Origin: an uncultured Microthrixaceae bacterium
Lineage (GTDB): Bacteria; Actinomycetota; Acidimicrobiia; Acidimicrobiales; VFJN01
DNA length: 64,000 bases
Direction: 5' to 3'
Assembly (NCBI GenBank): GCA_963795165.1
Contig: CAWCGT010000002.1
Coordinates: 269,000 to 332,999, forward strand
A model generated the notes under the pieces. The model was not told the DNA's origin and did not search any database. It saw nothing but the letters and a program-made list of their open reading frames with translations. The first letter of the stretch is position 1; each line of letters opens with the position of its first letter. A program made the position numbers and the translations under genes. This document shows, in pieces, positions 29,292 to 40,195 of this stretch.

Positions 29292-29830
29292 GCAGCCCGC
29301 TGCTCTCGGAGCGGGTCGAGCGATCACCGGCAGGGCAGCTGGTCATCAGCATCGTCGTCGTGCTGGTGCTGCTCGCCGAGGTGGCAACCCACCTCCCCAC
29401 CGGCTCGGCGCTCAACCGGTCGATCGGTGAGGACGCCAACTACCTGATCCGGGTGATGGGCACCGAGCAGCAGTGGGGGGTCTTCGCGCCCAACCCCCGC
29501 CAGACCAGCCTCCGCATCGAGGGGCGCGTCACCTTCGAAGACGGCTCCACCGCCGTGTGGTATCTCCCCGACGGCCCTCGGATCGGCGGCAACCTGCGCT
29601 TCTACCGGTGGCGCAAGTGGCTGGAGCGAGTGCGGTCCGACGACTTCCGGAACCTCTGGGAGCCCACCGCTCGCTGGATCGCCTCCGAGTTCGACGACCG
29701 GGCCTCCCCGGTGGCCCAGGTGGATCTGGTACGGCTCTTCCACGACAACACGGTCGTGGGGCCGCAGCCCCTCTACCAGGAGTTCACCTACTACACCTAC
29801 GTCGTCGACGACGAGGGGGTGGGACCGTGA
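29288..29830 (+). CDS. Membrane-anchored protein, SdpA/DUF5819-like partner of HTTM proteins
   Basis: The GTG at 29288 overlaps the upstream stop (GTGA). There is one N-terminal TM helix (LVISIVVVLVLLAEVA), then QQWGVFAPNPRQTSLRIEGRVTFEDGS...LRFYRWRKWLERV. The family assignment comes from memory of the W.FAP.P motif and from gene context. Confidence 0.45.
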   Translation: MSSPLLSERVERSPAGQLVISIVVVLVLLAEVATHLPTGSALNRSIGEDANYLIRVMGTEQQWGVFAPNPRQTSLRIEGRVTFEDGSTAVWYLPDGPRIGGNLRFYRWRKWLERVRSDDFRNLWEPTARWIASEFDDRASPVAQVDLVRLFHDNTVVGPQPLYQEFTYYTYVVDDEGVGP

Positions 29831-30789
29831 CCACGACGGCTCCGTCGAGCCCCTGGGACCGGTTCTTCTTCAGCCCGACGAGCGTGGCACCCATGACGCT
29901 CCTCCGCGTCGGCTGGGGGGCCGTCACGGCCGCGTGGGCGATCAGCCTCCTGCCCGACATCGATCCCTTCTTCACCGAGGGCGATCTGCTCTACGAGCGG
30001 ACCTTGCGCGACGGAGCCTGGAACCTGCTCCCCCGCATCGGTTGGGAGCACGCCCCGATGGCCGCGTGCGTGCTCCTGCTGGTGGCGTCCCTGGCCACCA
30101 TGGTGGGGTGGCGCACTCGGCTCAGCGCTGCGGTGGCCGTGCTCTGCCTGCTGTCGCTGCAGCGGGCCAACACCACCATCTTCAACTCGGGCGACCTGCT
30201 GCTGCGCCAGATCGGCATCGCGGTGGTGCTGGCGCCGGGAGCGGCTGCTGTGGTCCTTCGACGCCGCCCGGGCCCGCCGCAAGGGACGTCCCCTAGCGGT
30301 GGTCCGCGCCCCGTGGGCCATGCGCCTGCTGCAGCTCGAGCTGGCCGTGGGGTACTTCCTGTCGGCGTGGTCGAAGGCGCGGGGCGACGACCTGGCACGA
30401 CGGCACCGCCATCGCCCTGTCGCTGCGCATCGAGGACCTCCAGCGCTTCGTGGCACCCGAGTGGCTCTTCGACCAGAGCCGTGCTCCTGAACCTGTTCAC
30501 GTGGGCCACCTTGGCCTTCGAGGCCACCTTCATCGCCCTGGTGTGGCCCCGCCGAACCCGGTTGTGGGTGCTGGCGGCCGGATTCCTCTTCCACCTCGGC
30601 ATCGAGGTGTTCCTCGACATCGGCTTCTTCAGCATCGCCATCTACCTCGCCTACCTCGCCTTCCTCCCCGAGGACCTCGCAGAGAGGATCGTCGGACGGG
30701 TGGACCCGCACGCCCGGACGGCCGGGGCGGCGCCCGACGACGCGGAGCCGGAGGAGCCGACGGAGGACGAGGCCCCCGCGGTCGTCTAG
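29827..30789 (+). pseudogene. HTTM (vitamin-K-dependent gamma-carboxylase-like / SdpB-like) multi-pass membrane protein (3-4 frameshifts)
   Basis: The GTG at 29827 overlaps the upstream stop. SPWDRFFFSPTSVAPMTLLRVGWGAVTAAWAISLLPD is a typical HTTM N-terminus. The middle is only readable across frames (VVRAPWAMRLLQLELAVGYFLSAWSKARGD / SLRIEDLQRFVAPEWLFDQS / VLLNLFTWATLAFEATFIALVW). Confidence 0.7.
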
Positions 30790-31568
30790 GTCGTTCTCGG
30801 CGCGCCGGCGCGACTGGTGGGTCTGCCGGTCCAGCCACCCGAGCAGGATGGCGACGGCGCGAGGGTCGTGGCGGAGCCGGTGGCCGGCCCCCGTCATGAT
30901 GCGGAGCTCGGCCGACCCGTGGGCGTCGACCAGGACCCGAGCGTCGAAGACGGGGACGAGGTCGTCGTCGCTCCCGTGCATCACCAGCAGCGGGCGCGGC
31001 GACAGCTGCGGCGCGCAGGTCACGGCTCGCAGCTCCTTGAGCTCGCGCGCCCAGGCGTCGAGATCGCGGGGAAAGCTGCGATCGTCGATCATGCCGACCT
31101 CCCGTGCGTGCTCGAGCAGGCGCTTGGGATGCGACGCCCAGTCGTCGAAGTCGGCGGGCGCTCCGAGGGCGGCCACGCCCCGCACGTCGCGATCGCCGGC
31201 GGCGGCGCAGAGCGCCAGCGCCCCGCCGGTGCCGAACCCGACCAGCCACACGCCCTCCACCTCCGAACGGGCGCGCAGGTGGGCGGCGGCCGCTCGCAGG
31301 TCGTCCAGCCAGCCCGCCGAGGGAGAAGCTCCCCTCCGACCCGCCGCACCCGCGGAAGGCGACCGCCATGGCCAGCCAGCCCATCTCCGCCGCGATCCGG
31401 TCGGCCAGCTCGGGCATGGCCGAGGCGGCCACCGCTGCCGCGGTGACATCGCTCGGGTAGCCGTGGGCGATGACGACAGCCGGCACGGTGCGTGACGTCG
31501 GCTCGCATCGGCGGGCGAGCCAGGTGGGCAGCGAGGAGGTTCCCGCCGGACGGGAAGCGGTGCTCCAC
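30786..31568 (-). pseudogene. Alpha/beta hydrolase (frame-disrupted; 3' end uncertain)
   Basis: VEHRFPSGGNLLAAHLARP / TVPAVVIAHGYPSDV...WLAMAVAFRGCGGSEGSFSLGG / WLDDLRAAAAHLRARSEVEGVWLVGFGTGGALAL (nucleophile elbow)...LLVMHGSDDDLVP...GAGHRL, read across three frames. Confidence 0.6.
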
Positions 31569-31578
31569 CGGCGGGCAG

Positions 31579-31793
31579 CTAGGCCTCGGCCGGTTCGGGG
31601 TGGCCCTTGGCCAGTCGATAGCCCCGGTTGCGGGCCTCGGCCAGGGTGTCGGGGCCGAAGCACAGGTAGGTGCTCGGCTTCCATCAGCTCGTCGATCACG
31701 GCGGCGTCCGTCGAAGCGGTCGAGGTCGTACACCGCTTGGGTGCGCTTGTCGCCGAGGAAGCGGTGGTGCTCGAACCGGGTGGGCCGTTCCAT
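31579..31793 (-). pseudogene. Small (~70 aa) hypothetical protein with an Ada-Zn-binding-like pattern but no Cys ligands (two frameshifts)
   Basis: Reconstructed as MERPTRFEHHRFLGDKRTQAVYDLDRFD / DAAVIDELMEAE / TYLCFGPDTLAEARNRGYRLAKGHPEPAEA*. Confidence 0.35.
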
Positions 31794-31822
31794 GGTCCGG
31801 AACCTAGCGGCGGACGCGGAAC

Positions 31823-31849
31823 GGGGACCGCATCGACGATGCGGTCCCC
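31823..31849 (-). terminator. Perfect 12-bp stem / 3-nt loop hairpin (ggggaccgcatc gac gatgcggtcccc), candidate intrinsic terminator
   Basis: Read directly. It lies downstream of the minus-strand genes ending at ~32094 and upstream of the small gene starting at 31793. There is no clear U-tract. Confidence 0.45.
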
Positions 31850-32093
31850 GCCCTCGCTCACGCTGGTTGGAGACCAGGACGGCGCCGCCCACGAGGGGCA
31901 ACCGGGAGGGACCACTCCCCGAACGCCGCTCCGGCAGTGACTGGCTTGGTCTTCGCCAGGTGGTCCAGCGAGCCGCGCTAGCGGCCAGCCACCTCCAGGG
32001 TCCCACTGCAACAGTCGTTCATGTGGTGGACCACCTCCCTTCTCTGGTGGCACCAGTGAACCACGAGAAGGGCCGCGGCGGCGGCAGTTTTCG

Positions 32094-32529
32094 TCAGGCT
32101 GGCGGACCGAGCGCGCCGATCTGGTCGAGGTAGCGCGAGCAAGCCCCGGATGACCTCGAAGGCGTCCTCGTCGCTGACGTCGAGACCCCGGTTGTCGACC
32201 GCACCGAGCACCACCGCCACCGTGTCGTCGTCGGCCACCACCACCTCGTCTCGCTCGCCGATGATGCGCCGATCGCGCCCGGGCGGGGCGGCCAGGCCCT
32301 TCGACTCGAGGTGAGCCAGGGAGGCCAGGATCAGCTCCTTCACCTCGTCGTAGGTGAGCCTCGCCTGGACGTCGTCCGGCAGGCCGTCGCCTACCTCCCG
32401 GGTGGCGTCGTCGACGTCGAAGATGGCGGCCGGCGTCTCATGTCCCAGCCGGAACGCCTCCGACCCCACGAACGCCGCCGCGATGGCGAACACCAGCACC
32501 GCACCGACGACGAGCGCGATCCAACCCAC
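32094..32529 (-). pseudogene. Membrane-anchored hypothetical protein (frameshift near the 3' end)
   Basis: MGWIALVVGAVLVFAIAAAFVGSEAFRLGHETPAAIFDVDDATREVGDGLPDDVQARLTYDEVKELILASLAHLESKGL... The natural-looking C-terminus RYLDQIGALGPPA* is in another frame and ends at 32094. Confidence 0.4.
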
Positions 32530-32559
32530 GTCGGCAGGCTACGGGCCAGGGCTCCCGGT

Positions 32560-33680
32560 TCAGATGCCGATGCGCTGGGCGAGGAGCTCGCGGTGGTAGG
32601 TGGGGTCGCCGAAGAGCAGCTCGGAGCTCTTGGCCCGCTTGAAGTACAGGTGGGCCGGGTGCTCCCAGGTGAAGCCGATGCCACCGTGGATCTGGATGTT
32701 CTCGGCGGCGGCGTGGAAGTACGCCTCGGAGCAGTAGGCCTTGGCCAGGCTGGCCACCGACGGCAGCTCGTCGTTGAGCTCCGGCGGCGCACCAGGCGGC
32801 GTAGTAGGCGGCCGACTTGGCCGACTCGACCTCGAGCAGCATGTCGGCGCACTTGTGCTTGATGGCCTGGAACGAGCCGATCGGGCGACCGAACTGCACG
32901 CGGTCCTTGGCGTACTGCACGGCCGTCTCGAGCACCTTCTGGGCGCCGCCGACCTGCTCGGCGGCGAGGGCCACGGCGGCGAGGTCGAGCACCCGCTCGA
33001 GGGTGGCCCAGCCGTCGCCGTCGGTGCCGATGAGCGTGGCCGGGGTGCCGGCGAGCTCGATCTTGGCCTGCTTGCGGGTCTGGTCCATGGTGGCCAGGTT
33101 CGTGCGGGTGACCGCCGGCATCGGTCGGGGTCGACCGCGAAGATGCGACACGCCGGCGTCGGTCCGGGCCGCCACGAGGAGCAGGTTGGCGACGTTGCCG
33201 TCGAGCACGAACATCTTGGTGCCGGTGATCGTCGCAGCCGTCGCCGGCCTTGGTGGCGGTGGCCTCGATGCCGCTCTCGTCCCACTTGCCGTTGGGCTCG
33301 GTGAAGGCGAGGGTGGCGATCGTCTCGCCGGAGGCGATGCCGGGGAGGTGCTCCTTCTTGGCGGCGTCGTCGCCGGCGTGCAGCAGGGTGCTGGTGGCCA
33401 GGACGACGGAGGAGAAGTAGGGGGCGCACAGCAGCGCCCGGCCCATCTCCTCGAGGACCACGGTGAGCTCGACGAAGGTGAAGCCCTGGCCGCCGAACTC
33501 CTCGGGGATGATCAGGCTCTGGAGGCCGAGCTCGTTGGCCATCTGGCTCCAGACGGCGTCGTCGTAGCCCTCGTCGGTGTCCATGAGGCGGCGGACCTCG
33601 GCCTCGGGAGACTTGCTCTCGAGGAACTGGCGGGTGATGCGGCGGAGCTCTTCCTGCTCCTCGGAGAAGGCGAAGTTCAT
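32560..33680 (-). pseudogene. Acyl-CoA dehydrogenase (at least 3 frameshifts)
   Basis: MNFAFSEEQEELRRITRQFLESKSPEAEVRRLMDTDEGYDDAVWSQMANELGLQSLIIPEEFGGQG / MFVLDGNVANLLLVAARTDAGVS / ...AEQVGGAQKVLETAVQYAKDRVQFGRPIGSFQAIKHKCADMLL / ENIQIHGGIGFTWEHPAHLYFKRAKSSELLFGDP. Confidence 0.8.
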
Positions 33681-33727
33681 GGGCCGGTGGTCTAGGCGGA
33701 TCCGGGCCGGTCCGTCCGCCACCCGCG

Positions 33728-33749
33728 AGTGTGTACACGTGCGTACACT
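33728..33749. promoter_or_regulatory. Palindrome-rich candidate operator (agtgtGTACACgtgcGTACACt) upstream of the antitoxin gene
   Basis: GTGTACAC (33731-33738) is a perfect palindrome. GTACAC recurs 10 bp later (33743-33748). CACGTG lies in between. The site sits 7-28 nt upstream of GTG 33756, in the divergent spacer shared with the acyl-CoA dehydrogenase gene. Confidence 0.35.
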
Positions 33750-33755
33750 GGGCCG

Positions 33756-34067
33756 GTGGAAGCAGCTCGGGGTCCGGGAGCTGCGAGCCAACGCTGGCCG
33801 CCGCCCTGCGGCAGGCCGGGCTCGGGCGAGCGGGTGGTGATCACCGTCGACGGCCGCCCGGTCGCCCAGCTCGGTCCCCTCGAGCCGACCGGCTCCCCCA
33901 CCCTCGACGACCTGGCCGCCGCCGGGCTGCGTCGAGCCACCCCGCGCGCTCGGGTCGCCCGACCCCGCCCGACGCCGCCGATGCGGCCGTCGACGTCCGC
34001 CTCGACCGCGTCCTCGCCGAGGTCCGCGGCCGACGGTCCGACCGCACTGTGGCGATCCGTCGCATGA
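33756..34067 (+). pseudogene. Phd/YefM-type antitoxin (three single-base insertions in the first ~70 nt)
   Basis: Reconstructed as (M)KQLGVRELRAN / LAAALRQAG / SGERVVITVDGRPVAQLGPLEPTGSPTLDDLAAAGL..., the typical antitoxin N-terminus. The stop TGA at 34065-34067 overlaps the toxin ATG. Confidence 0.6.
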
Positions 34068-34504
34068 CGATCGCCACAGGTCGTGGTGCCGTGACGCTGT
34101 ACGTCGACACCTCCGCCTGGTGCGGCGGTACCTGCACGACCGGCACCGGGGATGGTGCTCGAGGCCATGGCCGGCGACGACGACTGGTGCGCCTCGGCCC
34201 TGGCGCGCACCGAGGCCCAGCTGGCCCTGCACCGGGCCGCCGTGTCGGCCCGCCAGCAGCGCGACCTGTGGCGGGCGCTGCGCGACGAGTGGGAGGCGTT
34301 CTGGGTGGTGCCGCTCGACGACCGCTGCCTGGCCCGGGCCGTCGAGCTCGGGCGCCACCTACGGGGTCGCGCCTGGTCGACGCCATCCACCTGGCGGCCG
34401 CCGACCGGCTCCCCCGCCCGGTGCGCTACCTCACCTTCGACCGCCAGCAGATCCCGGCCGCCGCCGCCCTCGGCTTCGAGGTGGTCAGCCCGGTGGAGCC
34501 GTAG
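34064..34504 (+). pseudogene. vapC: PIN-domain toxin, VapC-like (frame-disrupted)
   Basis: MTIATGRGAVTLYVDTSA / LVRRYLHDRHRG / MVLEAMAGDDDWCASALARTEAQLALHRAA...WVVPLDDRCLARAVELG / LVDAIHLAAADRLPRPVRYLTFDRQQIPAAAALGFEVVSP. The conserved acidic D(TS) and D(AIH) positions are present. Confidence 0.6.
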
Positions 34505-34514
34505 CCTCGGGGGC

Positions 34515-35135
34515 ATGGCCGCGACACGCTGATCTGGGACGCCACGGGGGTCGAGATCCACCAGGTGGTGGTGGGCCCCGTCGACAACAACGTGCTTCGT
34601 GCTGCGCTGCACGCGAGACCGGCGACGCCGTGCTGCTCGACGCGGCCAACGAGCACGAGCGGCTGCTCGAGCTGTGCCGAGCGGCTCGGCGTGCGCCGGG
34701 TGCTCGAGACCCACGGCCACTGGGACCACATCCAGGCCGTGCCCCGAGCTGCGCGACGCCGGCTACTCCGTGGGCGTCACCGCCGCCGACGCCGCCATGC
34801 TGCCGTCCTACGACGAGGTCATCGAGGACGACTCGGTGATCGAGGTCGGCCGGCTGCGGCTGCACACCATCCCCACCCCCGGCCACACGCCCGGGCTCGA
34901 TGTGCTTCCTGCTCGAGGGCCACCCGGTGCTCTTCAGCGGCGACACGCTCTTCCCCGGCGGTCCCGGCAACACCACGCTTCGAGGGCGGCGACTTCGCCA
35001 CGATCATCGAGTCGGTCGACCGGCGGCTGTTCACCCTGCCGGCCGACACGCATCGTGCTGCCCGGCCACGGCGACCACACCACGATCGGCACCGAGCGCC
35101 CGCACCTCCAGGAGTGGATCGACCGGGGCTGGTGA
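34515..35135 (+). pseudogene. MBL-fold metallo-hydrolase, glyoxalase-II-like (frame-disrupted)
   Basis: VVVGPVDNN / RRVLETHGHWDHIQAVP (HxHxDH) / [45 protein letters not shown] / [25 protein letters not shown] / [23 protein letters not shown]. Confidence 0.7.
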
Positions 35136-35524
35136 GCGTGACCGACGCCCTCCCGTACCACCAGCGCCCCGACGACGACACGCCGGTCCACACCGCCGAC
35201 CTGCCCGCCACCCCGCTGCGCGACCGCGCCATCCCGGCCACCGCCTGGGTCGAGGCGCCCGCCGCCCTGCTCGGGCCTCGGCGACGACCTGCCCGGCCGG
35301 CCGGTGGCCAGCTACAAGCGGCGCATCGGCCCCTGGCTGCTGTGGCGGGCCGGCCCCGCCACCAAGGCCGCCGCCCGCTACTGGGCGGCCCGCGCCGACG
35401 ACCTCACCGACGCCCACACCTTCACCCTCCGCCCCGACGGCACCGGCGACGGGCACCGGCCCCTCCGGCGCAGGTCCACCAGCGGTTCCGCACCTGGAAG
35501 GAAGACCTCCGCGACACCCCCTGA
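35132..35524 (+). pseudogene. Hypothetical protein (frame-disrupted)
   Basis: [46 protein letters not shown] / [49 protein letters not shown] / ...[16 protein letters not shown]. No family was recognised. Confidence 0.3.
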
Positions 35525-35565
35525 CCCGGTCATCCGGATCGGCGGCGGGCGCCGTAGAAGGGGAC

Positions 35566-35727
35566 ATGAACCTTGGTGGACCCGAGATGCTCATCGTCCT
35601 CGTCGTCGTCCTGCTCATGTTCGGCAGCAAGAAGGTGCCGGAGCTGGCTCGTTCCCTGGGCAAGGCCCAGAAGGAGTTCAAGGACGGGATGACCGACCGC
35701 TCCGCCCCCGCCGACGAGCGCGCCTGA
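35566..35727 (+). CDS. tatA: Twin-arginine translocase subunit TatA/E
   Basis: [42 protein letters not shown] is the hallmark TatA sequence. A gaagggga RBS-like stretch lies upstream. Confidence 0.85.
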   Translation: MNLGGPEMLIVLVVVLLMFGSKKVPELARSLGKAQKEFKDGMTDRSAPADERA

Positions 35728-35736
35728 GGCCTTTTC

Positions 35737-35752
35737 CACTATCGCCGTAGTG
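35737..35752 (+). promoter_or_regulatory. Inverted repeat CACTA-N6-TAGTG upstream of the plus-strand suf cluster; its core ATCGCCGTAG is shared with the sufB upstream region
   Basis: ccACTATCGCCGTAGTGctaatac read at 35736-35759. A TAATAC -10-like hexamer follows, ~10 nt before ATG 35769. The same ACnATCGCCGTAG occurs on the minus strand at 43313-43325. Confidence 0.3.
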
Positions 35753-35768
35753 CTAATACACTGGGCGC

Positions 35769-37785
<2,017 letters not shown>

Positions 37786-37804
37786 GCGATCGGAGATCGC
37801 ACCC

Positions 37805-38282
37805 ATGCCCGGCCTCGAAGACCTCTACCGCGAGATCATCCTCGACCACTACCGCAGCCCGCGGAACCGGGGCGAGCTGCCGGCCCCGCCCGCCACGCGG
37901 GTCGAGGGCTTCAACCCGCTGTGCGGCGACGAGATCGTGGTCTACGTCGACGTGCACGACGGCGACGGTGCAGCGACATCCGCATCGGCGGCCAGGGCTG
38001 CTCGATCAGCCAGTCGTCGGCGTCGATGATGTCGGCGGCCGTGAAGGGCAAGACCGCTCGACGAGGTGCAGGCCCTCACCCGGGCCTTCAAGGGGATGAT
38101 GTCGATCCACGAGCAGACGCTCGACGGCGAGGACGGCGGAGGCCGTCGCCGAGCCCGACCCCGACGTGAAGCTCGGCGACCTCGAGGCCCTGCGGGGCGT
38201 GGTGAAGTTCCCGGTGCGCATCAAGTGCGCCACCCTGTCCTGGAACACCCTCCACCAGGCGATCGACGAGCAGACCGCCTAG
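37805..38282 (+). pseudogene. sufU: SufU/IscU-like Fe-S (sulfur transfer) scaffold protein (frame-disrupted)
   Basis: MPGLEDLYREIILDHYRSPRNRGELPAPPATRVEGFNPLCGDEIVVYVDV / IRIGGQGCSISQSSASMMSAAVKGKT / LTRAFKGMMSIHE / LEALRGVVKFPVRIKCATLSWNTLHQAIDEQTA*. Confidence 0.8.
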
Positions 38283-39028
38283 GCCGGGACGGGAGCCGTC
38301 CCGACACCCAGCCGGCGGCCGGGCGACCGAGCGGCGAAGCCCTGCGCCAGGTCGATCCCGGCGCTCATGAGGCTCTGCACCTCCTCCGGGCGCTCCACCC
38401 CCTCGGCGACCACCACGGCGCCGACCTCGTCGGCGAACACCCGTAGGGCGGCGATGAGGGCCCACCGGGCCCGATGCTCGTCGAGGCGGCTCACCAGCTC
38501 GCGGTCGAGCTTCACGTAGTCCGGCTCGAGCTCCAGGACGTGGCGGAGGGTGGCATGCCCGGCGCCGGTGTCGTCCACGGCCAGCGAGACGCCGTGACCC
38601 CGCCAGGTGTCGCGCCAGGCTCGCAGAGCGGCGTAGTCGTCGACCCGATCGCGCTCGGTGATCTCCACCACCAGGCGCCCGGCCAGGTCGGCGCAGACCT
38701 CGTCGACACGCGGGTCGGCCAGCGTGCCGGGGCTCACGTTGACGAACAGGCAGGCAGTCGTCGGGCGGCGACCCCAGGCGGGCGGCCGCCCGGAGGCAGG
38801 CCAGCTCCAGCTCCACGCGCAACCCGGCGTCGCTGGCCCGGTCGAGCCAGCGGCTCGGTCCTTCAGCTCGATCGCCGATGCGGGCGAGGGCCTCGAAGCC
38901 GATGGTGGCGCCGTCGCGAGCTGCACGACGGGCTGGGCGACGGCGGTGATGGCGTCGTCCCGGATGGCCTGGGCCACCGCTCGAGCGTGGGCTCGGCGGT
39001 CGATGGCACGGGTCCGATGGCGGAACAT
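38279..39028 (-). pseudogene. Stand-alone EAL-domain protein (putative c-di-GMP phosphodiesterase; frame-disrupted)
   Basis: AITAVAQPVVQLAT / IGFEALARIGDRAEGPSRWLDRASDAGLRVELELACL / LFVNVSPGTLADP...LVVEITERDRV...VSLAVDDTGAGHATLRHVLELEPDYVKLDRELV...VVAEGVERPEEVQSLMSAGIDLAQG. Confidence 0.7.
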
Positions 39029-39073
39029 ACGGGACGAAACCTACAGCGGGCGGTCGGCGCAGCTGGCGGCTGG

Positions 39074-39878
39074 TCAGGCCAGCGGATCGGCGAAGGGGTC
39101 GGCGCTCGGCGGCCGGCTCGGCGCCGTTCGGCCTCGGCGGCCGCCCAGTCGGCGTAGCCGGTGGTCTCCAGCTCGAGGGCCAGCTCCGGGCCGCCGCTGC
39201 GCTGGATGACGCCGTCGGCGAGCACGTGGACGTGGTCGGCGTCGCAGCTCGTGCGAGCAGGCGGTTGTAGTGGGTGATGGCCAGCACGCCGAGGCCGGTC
39301 TCCTCGGTGGCCGCCTCGATGCGGCGGGCGCACGCCCGCAGGGCGTCGACGTCGAGGCCGGAGTCGAGCTCGTCGAGGATGGCGATGGCCGGCTGGAGGA
39401 CGCCGAGCTGCAGCGTCTCGTTGCGCTTCTTCTCGCCGCCGGAGAGGTCGACGTTCAGCGGCCCGGTGCGAGGAAGCGGTCGTCGAAGCCGATGCGCTCG
39501 GCCTCCGCGACGATCCGGGCGCGGCACGTCGGCGGTGTCGCGGCCGCTGGCCGCGAAGGCCGCCTCGAGCACGTCGACGACCGCCACGCCCGGCACCTCG
39601 GTGGGGTACTGCATGGCCAGGAACAGCCCGGCCTGGGCCCGCTCCCAGGGCGCCAGGGCCAGCACGTCGACGCCGTCGAGGGTGACCGATGCCGCCCAGC
39701 GACCTCGTAGCCGGGCCGGCCCATGATCACGTGGGAGAGCGTGGACTTGCCCGGAGCCGTTGGGGCCCATGACGGCGTGGACCTCGCCGGAGCGGACGGT
39801 GAGGTCGATCCCCTTCAGGATCTCCTTGCCCGCCACCCCGGCGCGCAGGCCCTCGATCTCCAGCACGTGCTCGGTCAC
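39074..39878 (-). pseudogene. sufC: Fe-S cluster assembly ATPase SufC, paralog 2 (frame-disrupted; 3' end uncertain)
   Basis: VTEHVLEIEGLRAGVAGKEILKGIDLTVRSGEVHAVMGPNGSG / MIMGRPGYEVAG / SVTLDGVDVLALAPWERAQAGLFLAMQYPTEVPGVAVVDVLE / LNVDLSGGEKKRNETLQLGVLQPAIAILDELDSGLDVDALRACARRIEAATEETGLGVLAITHYNRLL / HVHVLADGVIQRSGGPELALELETTGYADW. The GTG at 39878 overlaps the Rieske gene stop. Confidence 0.8.
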
Positions 39879-40195
39879 GGGACCACCACCTCGATCTCGC
39901 CGTCGACCACCCGGGCCTCGTAGACCGGCACCGGCTTGGTGGCCGGCAGCGACTCGGGCTCGCCGGTCTCCAGCGAGAACGCGCTGCCGTGCTTCCAGCA
40001 CTCGATCTGCTTGTCCTCGCAGAGGACCTCGCCCTCGGCCAGCGAGATGTCCTGGTGGCTGCAGCGGTCGCCGATGGCGTAGACGTCGTCGTCGATGCGG
40101 ACGACGGCGATGGCGGTGCCCGTCGACGGTCGACCTGCCGAGCCGTGCCCGGCGCCAGGTCGGTCAGCGCGGCCGACGCGCTCGACGGTGCTCAT
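39875..40195 (-). pseudogene. Rieske [2Fe-2S] ferredoxin-like protein of the suf operon (a compensating pair of frameshifts, ~40127-40176)
   Basis: MSTVERV...IAVVRIDDDVYAIGDRCSHQDISLAEGEVLCEDKQIECWKHGSAFSLETGEPESLPATKPVPVYEARVVDGEIEVVVP (CxH...CxxH). The segment between the two shifts reads AALTDLAPGTARQVDVDGH in another frame. Confidence 0.75.

Noticed and set aside
29827-30789. Treating the HTTM ('horizontally transferred transmembrane') gene region as a mobile element or genomic island
   Set aside because: The name refers to the domain's evolutionary history. I see no integrase, transposase, tRNA attachment site, flanking direct repeats or compositional shift around it.
30786-30789. Palindromic shared stop codons of convergent gene pairs (ctag at 30786-30789, tcagctga at 61527-61534, ctag at 38279-38282) as a special signal
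   Set aside because: Overlapping convergent stops built on short palindromes are a common consequence of compact genomes. Some of these 3' ends are also uncertain because of nearby indels.
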